A stretch of DNA of 64,000 nucleotides from the human T2T-CHM13v2.0 reference genome, Homo sapiens. The DNA is taken from the NCBI RefSeq assembly GCF_009914755.1, contig NC_060926.1. One strand, given 5' to 3'. Under the pieces are notes generated by a model that saw nothing but the letters and a program-made list of their open reading frames with translations, was not told where the DNA came from and did not search any database. Numbering within the stretch: the first letter of the stretch is position 1; every line of letters begins with the position of its first letter. This document shows positions 28,876 to 41,699 of this stretch, in pieces. The position numbers and the translations under genes are program-made.

Positions 28876-29494
28876 GGTCAAGTAATTAACCATAGCACAA
28901 TTACTGCAAGGAAGTGTGCAACCACAGTTTTCTAACTTAACCACCTTTCCCTTAAAAAGGGCCTCTGAGGTCTCTTCCACCTCTGGTTGATTGGATAAGC
29001 CAGGCAGGAAAACCAGGCCAGGTTATATTAAGTGAGGAAAACCCAGCCCAAGAATAGCTTAGCTCACCCTCAGTTTTCCCTAAGGTTTCCCTTGCTCAGA
29101 GCATCAGACTTTAGAAGAGGAAAACACTGGAAATCCAAAGAGCTGGCCCTGGGATGCAGTTCAGAGAGTCCTTGAGGGCTTTGGGGTCACTGGGCCTTAG
29201 GGAGCTGCCTTCCTATCTGTCAGATGGGCAGGTGGAATCCTCCTAAGGCTGTGGGTGACAGGCACACCCCTCCCCTGCAGGCAGCTCCCCGAAGGCTCCC
29301 TGCCTCGTGGGTTTGTTATGAGGAGTGAGCTGGGGAGGGTGTGTGAGGCCTCTGTAAACTGCAGAGCCCCCATAGACTCTAGTGGGTCTTTTTAGGTTGG
29401 GTTCCTCCAAAGACAACCTCCCCCCAGGAATGCCGGCCGGTCCCCTATCCCCAGGAGGGCTCCCACTGACACTGGCCCCATGCTTTGCCCGCAG

Positions 29495-29665
29495 GTACCT
29501 GGCGCTCTACGCCTACAAGCCCCAGAAGAGTGACGAGCTGGAGCTGCACAAGGGAGAGATGTACCGGGTCCTCGAGAAGTGTCAGGATGGCTGGTTCAAG
29601 GGGGCGTCTCTGAGGACCGGGGTCTCTGGGGTGTTCCCCGGAAACTACGTGACACCCGTTTCCAG
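29495..29665 (+). CDS. SH3RF3: SH3RF3 exon (probably exon 6) encoding an SH3 domain (third SH3): [56 protein letters not shown](R)
   Basis: SH3 hallmarks ALYxY, DEL, GW and G.FP.NYV. Acceptor GCAG and donor CAG|GTGAGG. 171 bp, phase 2 to 2. Confidence 0.96.
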
Positions 29666-29949
29666 GTGAGGGCATGGTGGTGGCAGCCTGGGCAAGGAGA
29701 GGGCAAGGGCCTGCACGCCTTACCGCTGTTGTTACTGCTGGAGGCTACTCTGTCAGCCGGGCCCAGAAGGCAGCAAGGCCACCAGTGCCCAGGGTTCAGC
29801 CCCCACTGGCGTCCCCAGGCCCACATTTCACCTTCTGAGCTGGGTTTGCACTCAACTCCTTGGCTGTCCTCAGCAGACATTGGCCACCAAGGGGAGAAGA
29901 ATGGGATCAGGAGGAGCAGGGACAGGAAAGTCACCAGAATGAGGTCTCA

Positions 29950-30255
29950 AGTGTGAATGTGTGTTTGTGTGAGGACAGTGTGTGCACATATATACAGTGT
30001 GTTCAGCGTGTATGCTATGCGTGTGCAGTGTGTGCACGCTTCTGTGTGCTTGTGTGCATGGTATTTGTGCATGTGTGCAGAGTATGTGCAGTGTGCGTGC
30101 CTGTGCACGTGCGTATGCATACTGTAAGCACAAGGTGTGTGCGTGTGTGCATAATGTAGGTACAGCATGTGTGTATGCAGTGTGTATGCATGTGTGTGCA
30201 GTGTGTGTCATCATATATAGACGTGTGATATGTAAAACACTATATACATATATGC
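29950..30255. repeat. Degenerate (TG/TGCA/TA)n alternating purine-pyrimidine repeat
   Basis: gtgtgcatgtgtgcagagtatgtgcagtgtgcgtgc... Confidence 0.85.
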
Positions 30256-33200
30256 AAAGGAAAAATGATATCTTCCCAAAGGTCAACGATTGTTGAGTGG
30301 TCGCATTGTGGTAATATATTTTTTTCTTTGTGTTGTCAGTGTTTAATAAGTTCTCAGTTCTACTACTTTTATCAAATAGAATATGTAATTTTAGAGTCAC
30401 TGAAGAGACAAGGGGGTTGTCTGGGAATTTTTCGCTGAGATGAGGATCCACAGCTTGGTGATATCAGTCAGCCTCACTCACAGAAGCCCCTCGTGGGCAC
30501 GGCCCTGTGTTGACACTGCAGGACACACACACAGAAGCGAAAGACGTGGCCTTGGGTTTCTCCTGTCTTTGGAACAAGGCTACAGTGGAAATAAATAACC
30601 TGTAGACCCTGCATTGATTGCTGGGCTGATTGCTACTTGCAGAGTGGTCTCGGGACACATGCGGTGTTGACTTGAGCAGCTCTAGTTCGCAAGGCAATCT
30701 TCAGCCAGGGCCTCTCTCGAGGTGCCCAGAAGCGGGGGCTAAGGGATGATGGAGTTGCCCAAAGCCTGAAAGGTCTGCAGGCACAAGGCTGAAGGGGCAG
30801 TTAGAGATCCTTCGCTCAGGTGATGCTCAGCAGGGAAAAGCTTGAGAAGCAAACTGCAGAGGGGCTTCAGGAAATGCACCCCCTCAAACCCAGCCACCTG
30901 GTCAGAGGGGTGGCTACTTAGAGGGTGAGCTGCCCACAGCCTCCTGCGGCTTCTTCAGTGGTGTGGGGTGACTTGCCCAGTGTGCGCAGCCCCGAAGAAG
31001 GTCTCTGGTCTGGATTTCCCATGCCAGTAGGAACAGGTTGGCTCTCTCAGCCTGCAACCGGCCTGTGCTTGAAGCCCCTGGCCTGGAGTTGGGCTCACCT
31101 GTCGTGTCATCAGATGGCTCTTCCAGGAAAGCACAGGTCACCCCTCTAGGTTAGGGGACTCCCTGACCAGCTGGCACCCTCCAGGAAGGCGCAGCCTGAG
31201 ATGGCGGGTGTCCACACCTCTGGGCTCGCCCGCCCTGCTGGGGGACATCACTCTGTCACACGCCCTACTGTTATATGAGGAGGCAGGTTCTTCCTCCATG
31301 CAGCAGGTTAGAGCAGCAGCTTCTGAGGGAGGCCATCGGCTTCCCAGTTTCCAGTTTCTCTCCTCTGATTCTTCCTTTATCTTTACCTGAGAACTTCCGC
31401 AGACCTTCAGAGATGTAAAGCCTGCGGTTGAAATCCAGCTTCCTTGCGTAGCATTGGGACATCGCCTGGCCGGGCAACTCCTGACGTGTGTCAGTCAGTG
31501 TCACCACAGGGAGCTCTCTTAGGCGCCTCCCACCCCCACAACACTGGACTGCCTTCCACCCTCTTCCTGCTTCTGAGTTAAATCCCTGAATATCCTTCAA
31601 GAGCTGGGTCCTAAGTCCACTTGCTATATGAAGCCTTGCCTGGAGGCCCTCATCCTTGCCTGTGCTGTAGTCGGGATGGACAGCTCTGCCCACGGTGTCA
31701 TCCCAAGCAGCCCACTGGCAAGTTCTACAGGCATTCAGGATCCCCCCTCACAGGCCAGTCCCTGGGCCGCAATAGCCATCTCCAGCCTTGTTTACCTGGC
31801 TCCTTGCATACCATGTTCATATACGAGGTGCTCAATAAATGCAGATCGAATCAATAAAAGAAATCTAGTTGTTCTGATCAAAATGTCTCCTCAAGAACTG
31901 TCTTCTCCTGCTGCCAGGGAGTTTGTTATGGGAAGATCCTCCAGCTCCTGACACTGGAGCACTTAGAGTGGCCCGGTCCCCTCCCTCTACCTCTGCTGTG
32001 CACCTCATGGTTGCTCACTCTCCTCAAGCCCTCTTGGTCTGTGTTTTCCAAAGAATGGCAGAGCCAGGAATAAACATTAAGGAAAAGCCACTCCAAATCT
32101 AGCCCCGGTAACTGCAGTGTCAGGAGGTCATTGAGTGTCCTCTCCGGTTCCTTAGAGAAGGAACTGCGCCCGGGTCGGCTGCCCCCAGGTCAGTATGTTG
32201 AAGGCCATGGGTCCCTCAGTCCAATCCATAGCTCAGCACAAAACAGGAAATCTGGCCTCGGTCTTTATCCCCAGAAGTGGAAGACACCTGTCCCCCTCCA
32301 AAGCTGTGCCCCCAGGACTTATACTTTCTTGATCCCTACTGGGTTCAGGACAATTGCCAAAGCCACACAGCAGAAGGCTTATCTGGCAGTGATTGGAGGG
32401 TAGGCGAAGGCCTACTCCTTCCTGCATAGACCTGGATCCACCACCTGTGTTTGCCCCCATCGTGCTAGGAGGCCCTGAAGTGCTGGTGGGCTCTCGGGGC
32501 TGGGAGTATAGTGCTCAGAGCTGAGCATTGTGAGTCCATTTAAAAACCTGGTGTGGGAGCAGGTATGTGGCTCTTCCCGTGAGGGCACGCACTAAGGAAG
32601 TAGGACTAGCCAAGGGTATCTCTGCCATCCTGCCATGAGGGCAGAGGGAAAGGGTTTTCTGCTGTCATGAGAGGCAGATGTGTGTCTGTATCTGTTGTGT
32701 TCAGACTTGTCAATATCACCTTGCAAATTAGTGACTCATCATTTGTGAGCCCACTTTATTTAGTTTTTAAAAATGATTTCCTCGGGGAAAAGTGAGCTCA
32801 ACAGATGATAGAAAATGGGATTTTTAAATTCATGGTTTTGGCTGACCTGCTAACAAGCTTGATTGCTGGGTGAAGTTCAGCACAGCTCTGAGGGCTGGGG
32901 AAGGAGGACACCACCCAGGGTCCCCTAGCAGGTGAGTCCTTTTCCAAGAGGCCCCTCTCCTCTCAGCTGCTGTGCAGAAACCCTCACTCTGTGTTGCCGG
33001 GAGCTTCCCTGCTAGAGGTCGTGCCCAGTGATACCAGCCACAGGGAGATGGCTGGACCAGGCACAGGAGACGGGGCAGGCAGCCTGTTCTCCCACCTGTG
33101 GCTTCTTGGTGTGTCTTGAAATAAGATCCTGAAGGGACAGAAACAGGAATTTACCCAGCTCTTGGACAAATGGAAGACATTTAATTCCCCTGAAACTGAA

Positions 33201-33886
33201 TCCACAGAAGCTTCCAAACCCCTAACTCTGCCATATTTCACATCGCTGCCTCCAGGACATGGATTAATTGCAAATACACAGAGGGAAAGCGTGAAAAGCC
33301 CCATTTCCAGAGTGTTCCTCTTGTGTGAGCTGATGTCATCTGGAAACTTCGGAGTGAAAGGGCATCTATTTCTGGTATGGAACTGCAAGCTCCCAGACAT
33401 TCTCAGAAGGATGTCGTGCTGTGTGTGCCCTTTCCCAGCAGCCAGCAGATGCGAGGTGGCAGTCGTGCCCAGAGGGGGCCCGCGTCCTTGCCATCCTTTC
33501 CCCAATGTGCTGGATGTGTCAAGGCCTCGCGGGACATGACTGAGTCATCTGTTCTTTCTGGATGTATCTGGAGACACACAGCTGTTTGTAAGAACAAATT
33601 AAGGCAGTAGCTGTGGTATAAAAGATTTCGTTCAGCTCATTCCTCTGTTTCTCAGGGCGGCTTTGCTATCTCTTAAATATTTCACACTGACAGTTTGCAC
33701 CCCATGAAGGTTTTGTAAACAGGGCCCTTCTGCCCAGTGACGGGCATTGTTTTAGGACCTCGTCCCCAGATCAGTTGGCCTTCATCTCTTAAAGCCAGCA
33801 GGTCAGAGCGAGGCTCTGCCAGAGGCCCACATGGCACGAATGCCTCTGAGCCTCTCATCAGAATTCCTTCTGCTTTCTCTCCACAG

Positions 33887-34140
33887 GGTGCCTGCAGGAG
33901 GGGCAGGGCCGCCCCGGAATAATGTAGTCGGAGGGTCTCCACTGGCCAAAGGGATAACCACAACCATGCACCCAGGCAGTGGGAGTCTGAGCAGCCTGGC
34001 CACTGCCACCAGGCCCGCCCTGCCCATCACCACTCCCCAGGCCCACGCCCAGCACCCCACAGCCTCGCCCCCAACAGGCAGCTGTCTACGGCACTCAGCC
34101 CAGCCAACGGCCAGCCAAGCCCGGAGCACCATTTCAACAG
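33887..34140 (+). CDS. SH3RF3: SH3RF3 exon (probably exon 7), low-complexity linker VPAGGAGPPRNNVVGG...ARSTIST
   Basis: Acceptor CTTTCTCTCCACAG and donor CAG|GTACCT. 254 bp, phase 2 to 1, in frame with both neighbours. Confidence 0.92.
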
Positions 34141-34254
34141 GTACCTTCACAGGGGCCTCACCCTGCAGGGCATCAACAAGGGGGCTTCCTGGGACATGCT
34201 TGTGAGACACATCTTGGCCCAAGGCTCCAGCAGTGCATGTGTGGCTGGTGGCAG

Positions 34255-34807
34255 CTTCATGGCAGCTGGAGAAACTTAAGGAAAACCGGTTTGGCCCCAG
34301 AATGTTGTGAGATGAAAAGAAATTATGGGGTGGGCCTTAAAGGCATAAAGAAGGTAAGCACATCTTGTCATGCTCGTGAACGTCTGATCTCCAGGAAGTT
34401 CACTTGCCTTATCATGTTACCCATCCTGGCAGCTGAAGTAAATTTACAAATATTTACACATTTCATTGTGGCAAGAGGGCCTCATAGACTAATAAGATTA
34501 ACACCGGCACTTTCAAATGCCTCCCCCATGAATGATTGTGGGCCGGCCACGTGGGTCTTCCATCTGCCGGGCCCTGCAGGGCTTCCCAGCTAGGCGGCAT
34601 CTCACAGGACAGGGCTGGGGTGAGACTCGGGCCCAGGCTCTTCCCTTTCTGAAGTGCTCTGAGGCAGGAGGAATGACAGCTGTTGATCCTTCGCCTTCAT
34701 GGCAGCTGGAGAAACTTAAGGAAAACCGGTTTGGCCCCAGGATGTTGTGAGATGAAAAGAAATTATGGGGTGGGCCTTAAAGGCATAAAGAAGGTAAGCA
34801 CATCTTG
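34255..34807 (+). repeat. 113-bp dispersed direct repeat (34255-34367 and 34695-34807)
   Basis: The copies are identical except a34301/g34741. Offset 440 bp. Confidence 0.97.
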
Positions 34808-35239
34808 GTTGGTGGCTTAGTGTTGAGCTAATAAGAACTGCTGATGCTGGATTCGCAGGATGATCTGGGAGCCCATGCCACGGCGTCTTCCACCACGGTG
34901 GAGCCAGTGATGCTGACATGATGCCAAGTACCCCAGGACAAGAGGGGATAACACAGAATCTCTCTTCCCACCCCAACCCTGTCCTCTCAGAAATCATCTG
35001 TTTTTCTCAAAGTGAGGCTTAAAGGGCAAAAATAATGTAAATTCATGGAAGCAATAAAATATACTATTTCTTAGACCAACGAACACGATGACCCATTAGA
35101 AGTGTCCAGAAAGCAGCTTCTCAAGTGTGGAAAGAGGAGACAACACTTAGGTCAGCAGAGGCCATATTTCCTTCCTTATCTTAGCTGATGGGACAAGGGG
35201 TGGGAGGTAAGTGTCTGTCATCCACTTGCCCACCCAAGT

Positions 35240-35408
35240 GGGTGCAGGGTAGACTTCAGGTATCCAGTGCCCAGCATCGTCACTGGGTGCAGGTGGACTT
35301 TGAGTGCCTGGTGTCTGGCACCATCAGCAGGTATAGGGTGAACTTTGGGTGCCCAATGTCTGGCACCATCAGTGGGTGCAGGTGGACTTCAGGTGCCCAG
35401 TGTTCAGC
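35240..35408. repeat. Degenerate minisatellite, ~44-45 bp unit, ~3.8 copies
   Basis: Consensus approximately gggtgcaggtggactttgggtgcccagtgtctggcaccatcagt, starting at 35240, 35285, 35329 and 35374. Confidence 0.8.
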
Positions 35409-36699
35409 CTTGTGCTGGTGGTGTACCTGTCAAGCAGTGGGTAATTTAGCACTAGGAAAGCTTCATGGGTGGTCTGAGGACTACCCTGGTGTCAGAGCCT
35501 TCAAGACCTACTCTGCCATCTCAGATTCTGTAAGTCTCTACTAGTATCTTTTTTACTTAAATTAGCTAAGAATGATTCTTGGTTTTCACACCCCTGGCTC
35601 CAGGGCCCTGGGAAAGAATCTGCAGCAATATTACCTGGTGCCCAAGCCCACCCTGCAACCCATGACCTTCTGATCAGCCGTCCTTCAGCATGGTTTACGT
35701 GGATCTGTGTTTTCTGGTAGCCTCTAGCTGGGGATACAGTCATTGCAGTTGGCAAGTGATCTGGTGATCTGAAGTTGTGCTCCCTGACTGGTCAGAGGCA
35801 GCCAATATGCTGATCTGTTTGGCCACTGGAGCACCCAGGCAGGACCAGGGGAGCAAAAGTCCCAGGCCAGGTCCCTTCTGGTTATAAACATCTCATCCAA
35901 TCAGCCCGGTGTTCTGTACAAATGTTTCCACATGCACCAGCACTAGAAAGGGTGAGTGGCCCCACTCATCACGGTGAGTCAGCATCCCAGTGCAGTGGCC
36001 CTGGGTTGTCTGCCCAGAATAGCCAGTATAATGGTCTTTCCACACCAAGCCTTGCTAGAAACGTTCCCAATTCAAAGAAGAAATGGAGCCCTGCCAGTCA
36101 CTTCTCCCTCTGTGGAATAACAAGCAGCATCAAAAGAAATTGGCAAGGCTGTGGGGCAGTGCAACATTGTGTCTCAGTCCTCCATCACCATAGTAACCAT
36201 GAGGGTGCCACGAGCATTCTCTTCCATCAGTTTAATGTTACACACGGGGAGAGTGAGGCACGGGATGGTTAAACGGCTCCCCAGTGCATCCCAGCCCAGC
36301 ACTTGTCCCCACGCTATTGCTGTCACAGCCAGGTTAAAGAATGACTCCTACTGAGCCATATCAGTAAATTAAATGCCACTGAGTTCCTGCGGCATTTTCC
36401 ACTTCATTCTGCATTTAGAGAGAGAAAAAACACTGTTGACAGTCCAAGTAATGGATTGTTCCCTGCAGTAATTGCCCATTTCAGCAGACCCCAACCCCGA
36501 TGGGTGGGAGGCATTTCATCAATGTTCTCATCTCGAGCCAAAGTCAGGCAGTTTGACAAAGGCTTAATTGCATTGGCCATAGCATCCAATATGATTTGTT
36601 CTACTTGATTAATGTAACTCCTTTCCCAAAGGCAGAGCACCCCCTGTAAAGTGCCAGTGTTCCTTGCACACTCCTGTCTGTGCTTAGCAGGAGTAAGAG

Positions 36700-37505
36700 C
36701 CCAGCATAGCCATGAATTCATCAGCAAAAAAGCACCGAGAAGGAGCTAGATACAGGCAAGGCACCCTGCAGGGGTCTGGAAACAGAGGAAAACCAGACAA
36801 GCCCCATTTCCACCCCGGTTAGAGAGAATGACTAGAAAACAAAGTTCTGTGGTGGGTTTGCTAAAGGGCTGCAAAAGAGGCCTGCTTAGGTATTAAGAGA
36901 GTGTGGAGGAGGGAATTCATTCCGACTGGGGAGGAAAATAGGAGGGGGATTGGGAGTAGGGCATATGGAAAGTTTTCAAGAGGAGGTGATAATGCCTTGA
37001 ATCTTAAAGGACAAATAGGAAGTGTCTGAGCAGACAAAAGAGAAAGGAGGTTCAGAGCAGAGGAACCAGCATGAGCAATGGCCTGGCAATGAGGAATAGC
37101 ATAACTCTTGTTTTGGGGAACTTTATTTAGTTGTGACATGACTGAAGCAAAGCTATGGAAGAAGGAGAAGTCCAGTGTGTAGATGACAGTTCCCTGCAGA
37201 GGCATACTGTCCTTTAAATCTGAAAGGTGGGTAGAGCTCAGCATGCAGCAGTAGGAGAGTGTGGGAAGCACTCAGGAAGGGGAAGCATGGGGAGCTCTTG
37301 GGCCGCCGAGGCCAGGGGCCCATGGACGCTGGAATACGGATAGGGTGCGGGAGCAAAGAAAGACCCGCAGTGAAGCCGAAAAGCTAAGCAGAGCAGAGCA
37401 TGGAGGTTCTTCTAGACCACGTAAGGAATTTAGATGTTTATCCTAAGGGGGCACATCAAAGGGTGTTGAATAATAGACATAGTCATATTTTTGTATTTAA
37501 AAGAT
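36700..37505 (-). mobile_element. Degraded L2
   Basis: cagagcagaggaaccagcatgagcaatggcctgg and ccacgtaaggaatttagatgtttatcctaag. Boundaries approximate. Confidence 0.6.
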
Positions 37506-39025
37506 TGAGCTAGACTTCTGCTTATGGCCAATCTGAAGTGATGAGGACAGGAATTACTCTCCCACATGAAACAAATTTAAAAAGCCAAGTATATAAAACA
37601 ACAGTTTTCAAGACACCAGACAACCAAGGACTGATTCATGAGAGAAGTTGCAGGCAGTGGCAAAAGGAGGCAGGTAACCAGGTGGAGGAGCCCCGAGGAT
37701 GTGGAGATCAGAGTTTGTGTGACAGAGAGGGCTTGAGTTTCCAGGGCAGTGACCAGAGAGGAGAGAACAGCACAGAGAGGCTGCAGAGCACGCCCTGAGA
37801 TCTTCAGGTGACAACTCATCTGCATATGAACATGAGAAACGTACCCAAAGCCAGGAAAAGAATCAAAGAAAGAAAGGATTAGTGCTAACAGTGCCCAGAA
37901 TACACACCAGCTGGAAATAGTGCCTGTTCCCACCAGCCAGACGGAAAAATTGCAGAAATCACCAGGCATTGAGTAATCTACACAGGACCTTGCCTCTGTA
38001 GTGGTCAGACTGAGCACTGTTCCAATTTCACCCAACAGAGCTCAAAAACAACACTCAAGAGTCAAACTATTTCTGATTAATTTATCTTTGTCCCAGAACA
38101 AAGCTTAAGAATATTTATAGGAATACAAAAAAAAAAAAAAAAATTCCAGCTCTCAACAACATAAAAATCACAATGTCTGATGTCCAATAAAAAATTATGA
38201 GGCATGCAAAGGAGCAGGAAAATATGACTTATAATGAAGGGATCAGTCAATCAATCAAAACTGACCCCAAATTGACATAGATGTTGCAAAGACATTTAAA
38301 AATGATATTACAGTTGCCTTTCACATACTCAGAAAGTTAAGTAGAGACATAATAGACCCAAATCACACTTCTAGAAATAAAAACTACAGTGTGTGAGATC
38401 AAGAATATACTAGATGGAATTAATGGCAGATTAAACATTGCTGAAGAAAAAATATTTGTAAACTTGAAGATATAGTAATAGAAGCCGTGGAAAGTGGAAC
38501 ACAGAGATAAAAGACAATTTTGAAAAATGAATGGAATCCGTGAGCAATGGGACAACTTTAAGTGGCCTAATATATGTGTAATTGGAGGTCTCCAATGTAG
38601 AGGAGAGAGGTAGGACAGAAAAATGATTTGAAGAAATAATGACCAAAATTGTTCCAAATTTGATGAAAACCACAAACACAGTTTCAAAGACAGTTGGTGA
38701 ACACCAAGCACAAGAAACATGAAGAAAACTGTAACAAGGCAAATCACAATCAAACTGTTCAAAATCTCTCATAAAGAAAACACTGAAAACAGCCAGAGGA
38801 CAAAAAGATACATTACATGAAATAGAAAAAAAGATAAGGGTAAGGATGATGTCAAGAACAGTTCAAGTGAGATGACAGAATAACCAAAAAACATACTGAA
38901 AGAAATATAGCTGTCAATCTAGTACTCTACTCCCAGCAAAAATATCTTTCAAAAAAAAGCAAAATAAAGAATTATTCAGAAATAGTAAAACTAAAAGATT
39001 TTGTCTCTAATAAATCCACATTATT

Positions 39026-39335
<310 letters not shown>

Positions 39336-40027
39336 CTATTAGAAAGGTAAAAATGAAATTATTTAGAAAGAAGGCAGATGATACCAGATGAAAATGAAGA
39401 TCTATACAAAGGAATGAAAAGCACTGGAAATGGTAACTACATAGATAAATATATAAGATGTTTTCTTATTATTTGAATATCTTTAAAATATAATTGACTG
39501 TTTAAACAAAAGTGAAAGCAATCTAGTTTGGGATTTAAAACTCAAAAGCAAAATGTACAATAAACAAAAACACAAAGTTTGGGAAGGGAGAAGTGGAAGT
39601 TTGGTATACTACTGTAACATTCTTATACTATGAATCTTTATGTTATGAAATCATTTGTAAATGACTATAATAAAATAAAGATGTAAGCAGTCACTAAATA
39701 TGAAACAAAAAGTTACAGCAAATAAGCTAAAAGGGAATAAAAAGGAATCATGAAAACATCCAAAAGAAAGCATTAACAGAAGGGAAAAGAAACAATACAT
39801 GGGTCAAAGAGAAAACATATAGTAGGATGGTAGGTTTAAACCTAATCATGTAAGTAATCACACTAAATGTAAATGGCCTAAATAACCCTAAATATAATTC
39901 AGAGATTGTCACATATTACTAAAAACAAACAAAAAACCAACGATATGCTGTGAGTAAGAAACATACTTTAATACTTCAAGTCTAAAGACATAAATAAGCT
40001 AAAAGTGAAGGGATGGAACAAGTTATA

Positions 40028-40564
40028 CACATTCTCATTATTCATGGTAGTTACATTCTATGAAGTTATCATGAACACTGAATTTGTGAATACTGAACTA
40101 TTGCTTCTAGGTGAAATTGTGTGTGGCATGCGTGCATGGGTGTGTACACATATCTCACATAAATTATCATCTTATTCTAGTAGATTCTATTTTATTTATT
40201 TGACAAAAGAGAAAATGAGGTTCAGAAGGATTAAGTGGCTGACCTGAGGCTGCCCTATTAACAGGTGCCAGAGCTGGGATTCAAATACTGTCCAACTGGC
40301 CTCAGAGCCAAAACTTTCTGCATTGTACTGTGTTGCCCCCTATCGGCTCTATCCTCCTGTCATCTCTGTGTGACGCTGAAACAAAAATCGCCTTGTTCAA
40401 CCTCAGCTGGGAATATGAGTGTCAGGCAACTCAAATTTTTGCCATTCCATGAATGTCTGAAAATAACTGAAAGCACCACAGATAATGACTTGGGGGTTAC
40501 AAATCGTTTTTCACTAGTAGAAGAATTTGCAAATACAGAATCTGCCAATAATGAGAATAGATTA
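40028..40564. mobile_element. Tigger-family MITE (MER82-like) inserted at a TA in the L1
   Basis: Inverted ends ttctcattatt / aataatgagaa. The L1 endonuclease-region text resumes seamlessly across the insertion. Confidence 0.7.
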
Positions 40565-41699
40565 TATGATGCTAATATTAATCAAAAGAAAGCTGGAGTG
40601 GTTATCTTAATCAGATAGAGCAGAATTTATAAAAATTATTAGAGATAAAAAGGCAATTTCGTAACAATAAAGGGGTCAGTTCATTTAGAGGACATAACAG
40701 TTCTAAATATTTATACACCAAGTAACAGAACTTCAAAATACATAAGCAATATGGATAAAGGTACAAGGAGAAATAAACAAATCTACAATTATGGTCAGAG
40801 ACTTTCATGTCTCAATAATTGATAGAACAGTTAGATATAAAATGGTAAAAATTTAAAACATTAGAACAACAGTATAATCAACTTGACTTAGTTGACGTTT
40901 GTGAAACATTCTACCCAACAACAGCAAAATGCACCTTCTTTTCAAGTGCACACAGAACATTTACTGAGATAGATTATGTACTGGGCCATGATATTTTTAA
41001 GTTTCAGCACATTTAAAGGGATTCAAGTCATGGAAACTACATTCCCTGACCACAGTGGCATTGAATTAGAATTCATTAATACAAATAATAACAAATATTT
41101 GATATACTCAAATATTTGAAAACTAAACAGTTTACTTCAAAATAACCCATATATTAAAGAACAAATCAAAAGGGATATTATAACGCATTTTGAGCTGAAT
41201 GAAATGAAAAAGAACAGTGAACTTGGGAAGCTAACACTGATTTAGAGACTTCTTAAAAAATACAGTAATTAAGTTTATGTGATGTTGTTGTAAAGATGTT
41301 TGTTTTTAATATTTAAAAAGTCAACTCTGTGGGTCTATATAAAATGGAACACACAATAGCCAAGTGCTGAAGCACTGGCCTACTGGCTGTAGGATAAAAA
41401 GCAGGCCTTGTTGGGTGACTTTCAACTCCTGCAGGAGAATATGGACAGGAAGCCCCTGTGAGAATCAGGGGACCAGAGCTAGGTGTGCCAGTTCTAAAAA
41501 TTCCATCATTTTCCAGGGGATGGGCCATACTAAGCCTCCACCTGGGGTGTGAGAGAAAGAAGAGAGAGCCCCAACCCTGGTCATGGTGCTGAGTTTGAGG
41601 ATGGCTCTGGCCTGAGGACTAGGACTAGCTCAGCACCCTCTCTGCAGGACCAGAACTCCAAGAAGCCCATTAAACCTAGTTCTAAGGGAGGGTCCTAGA

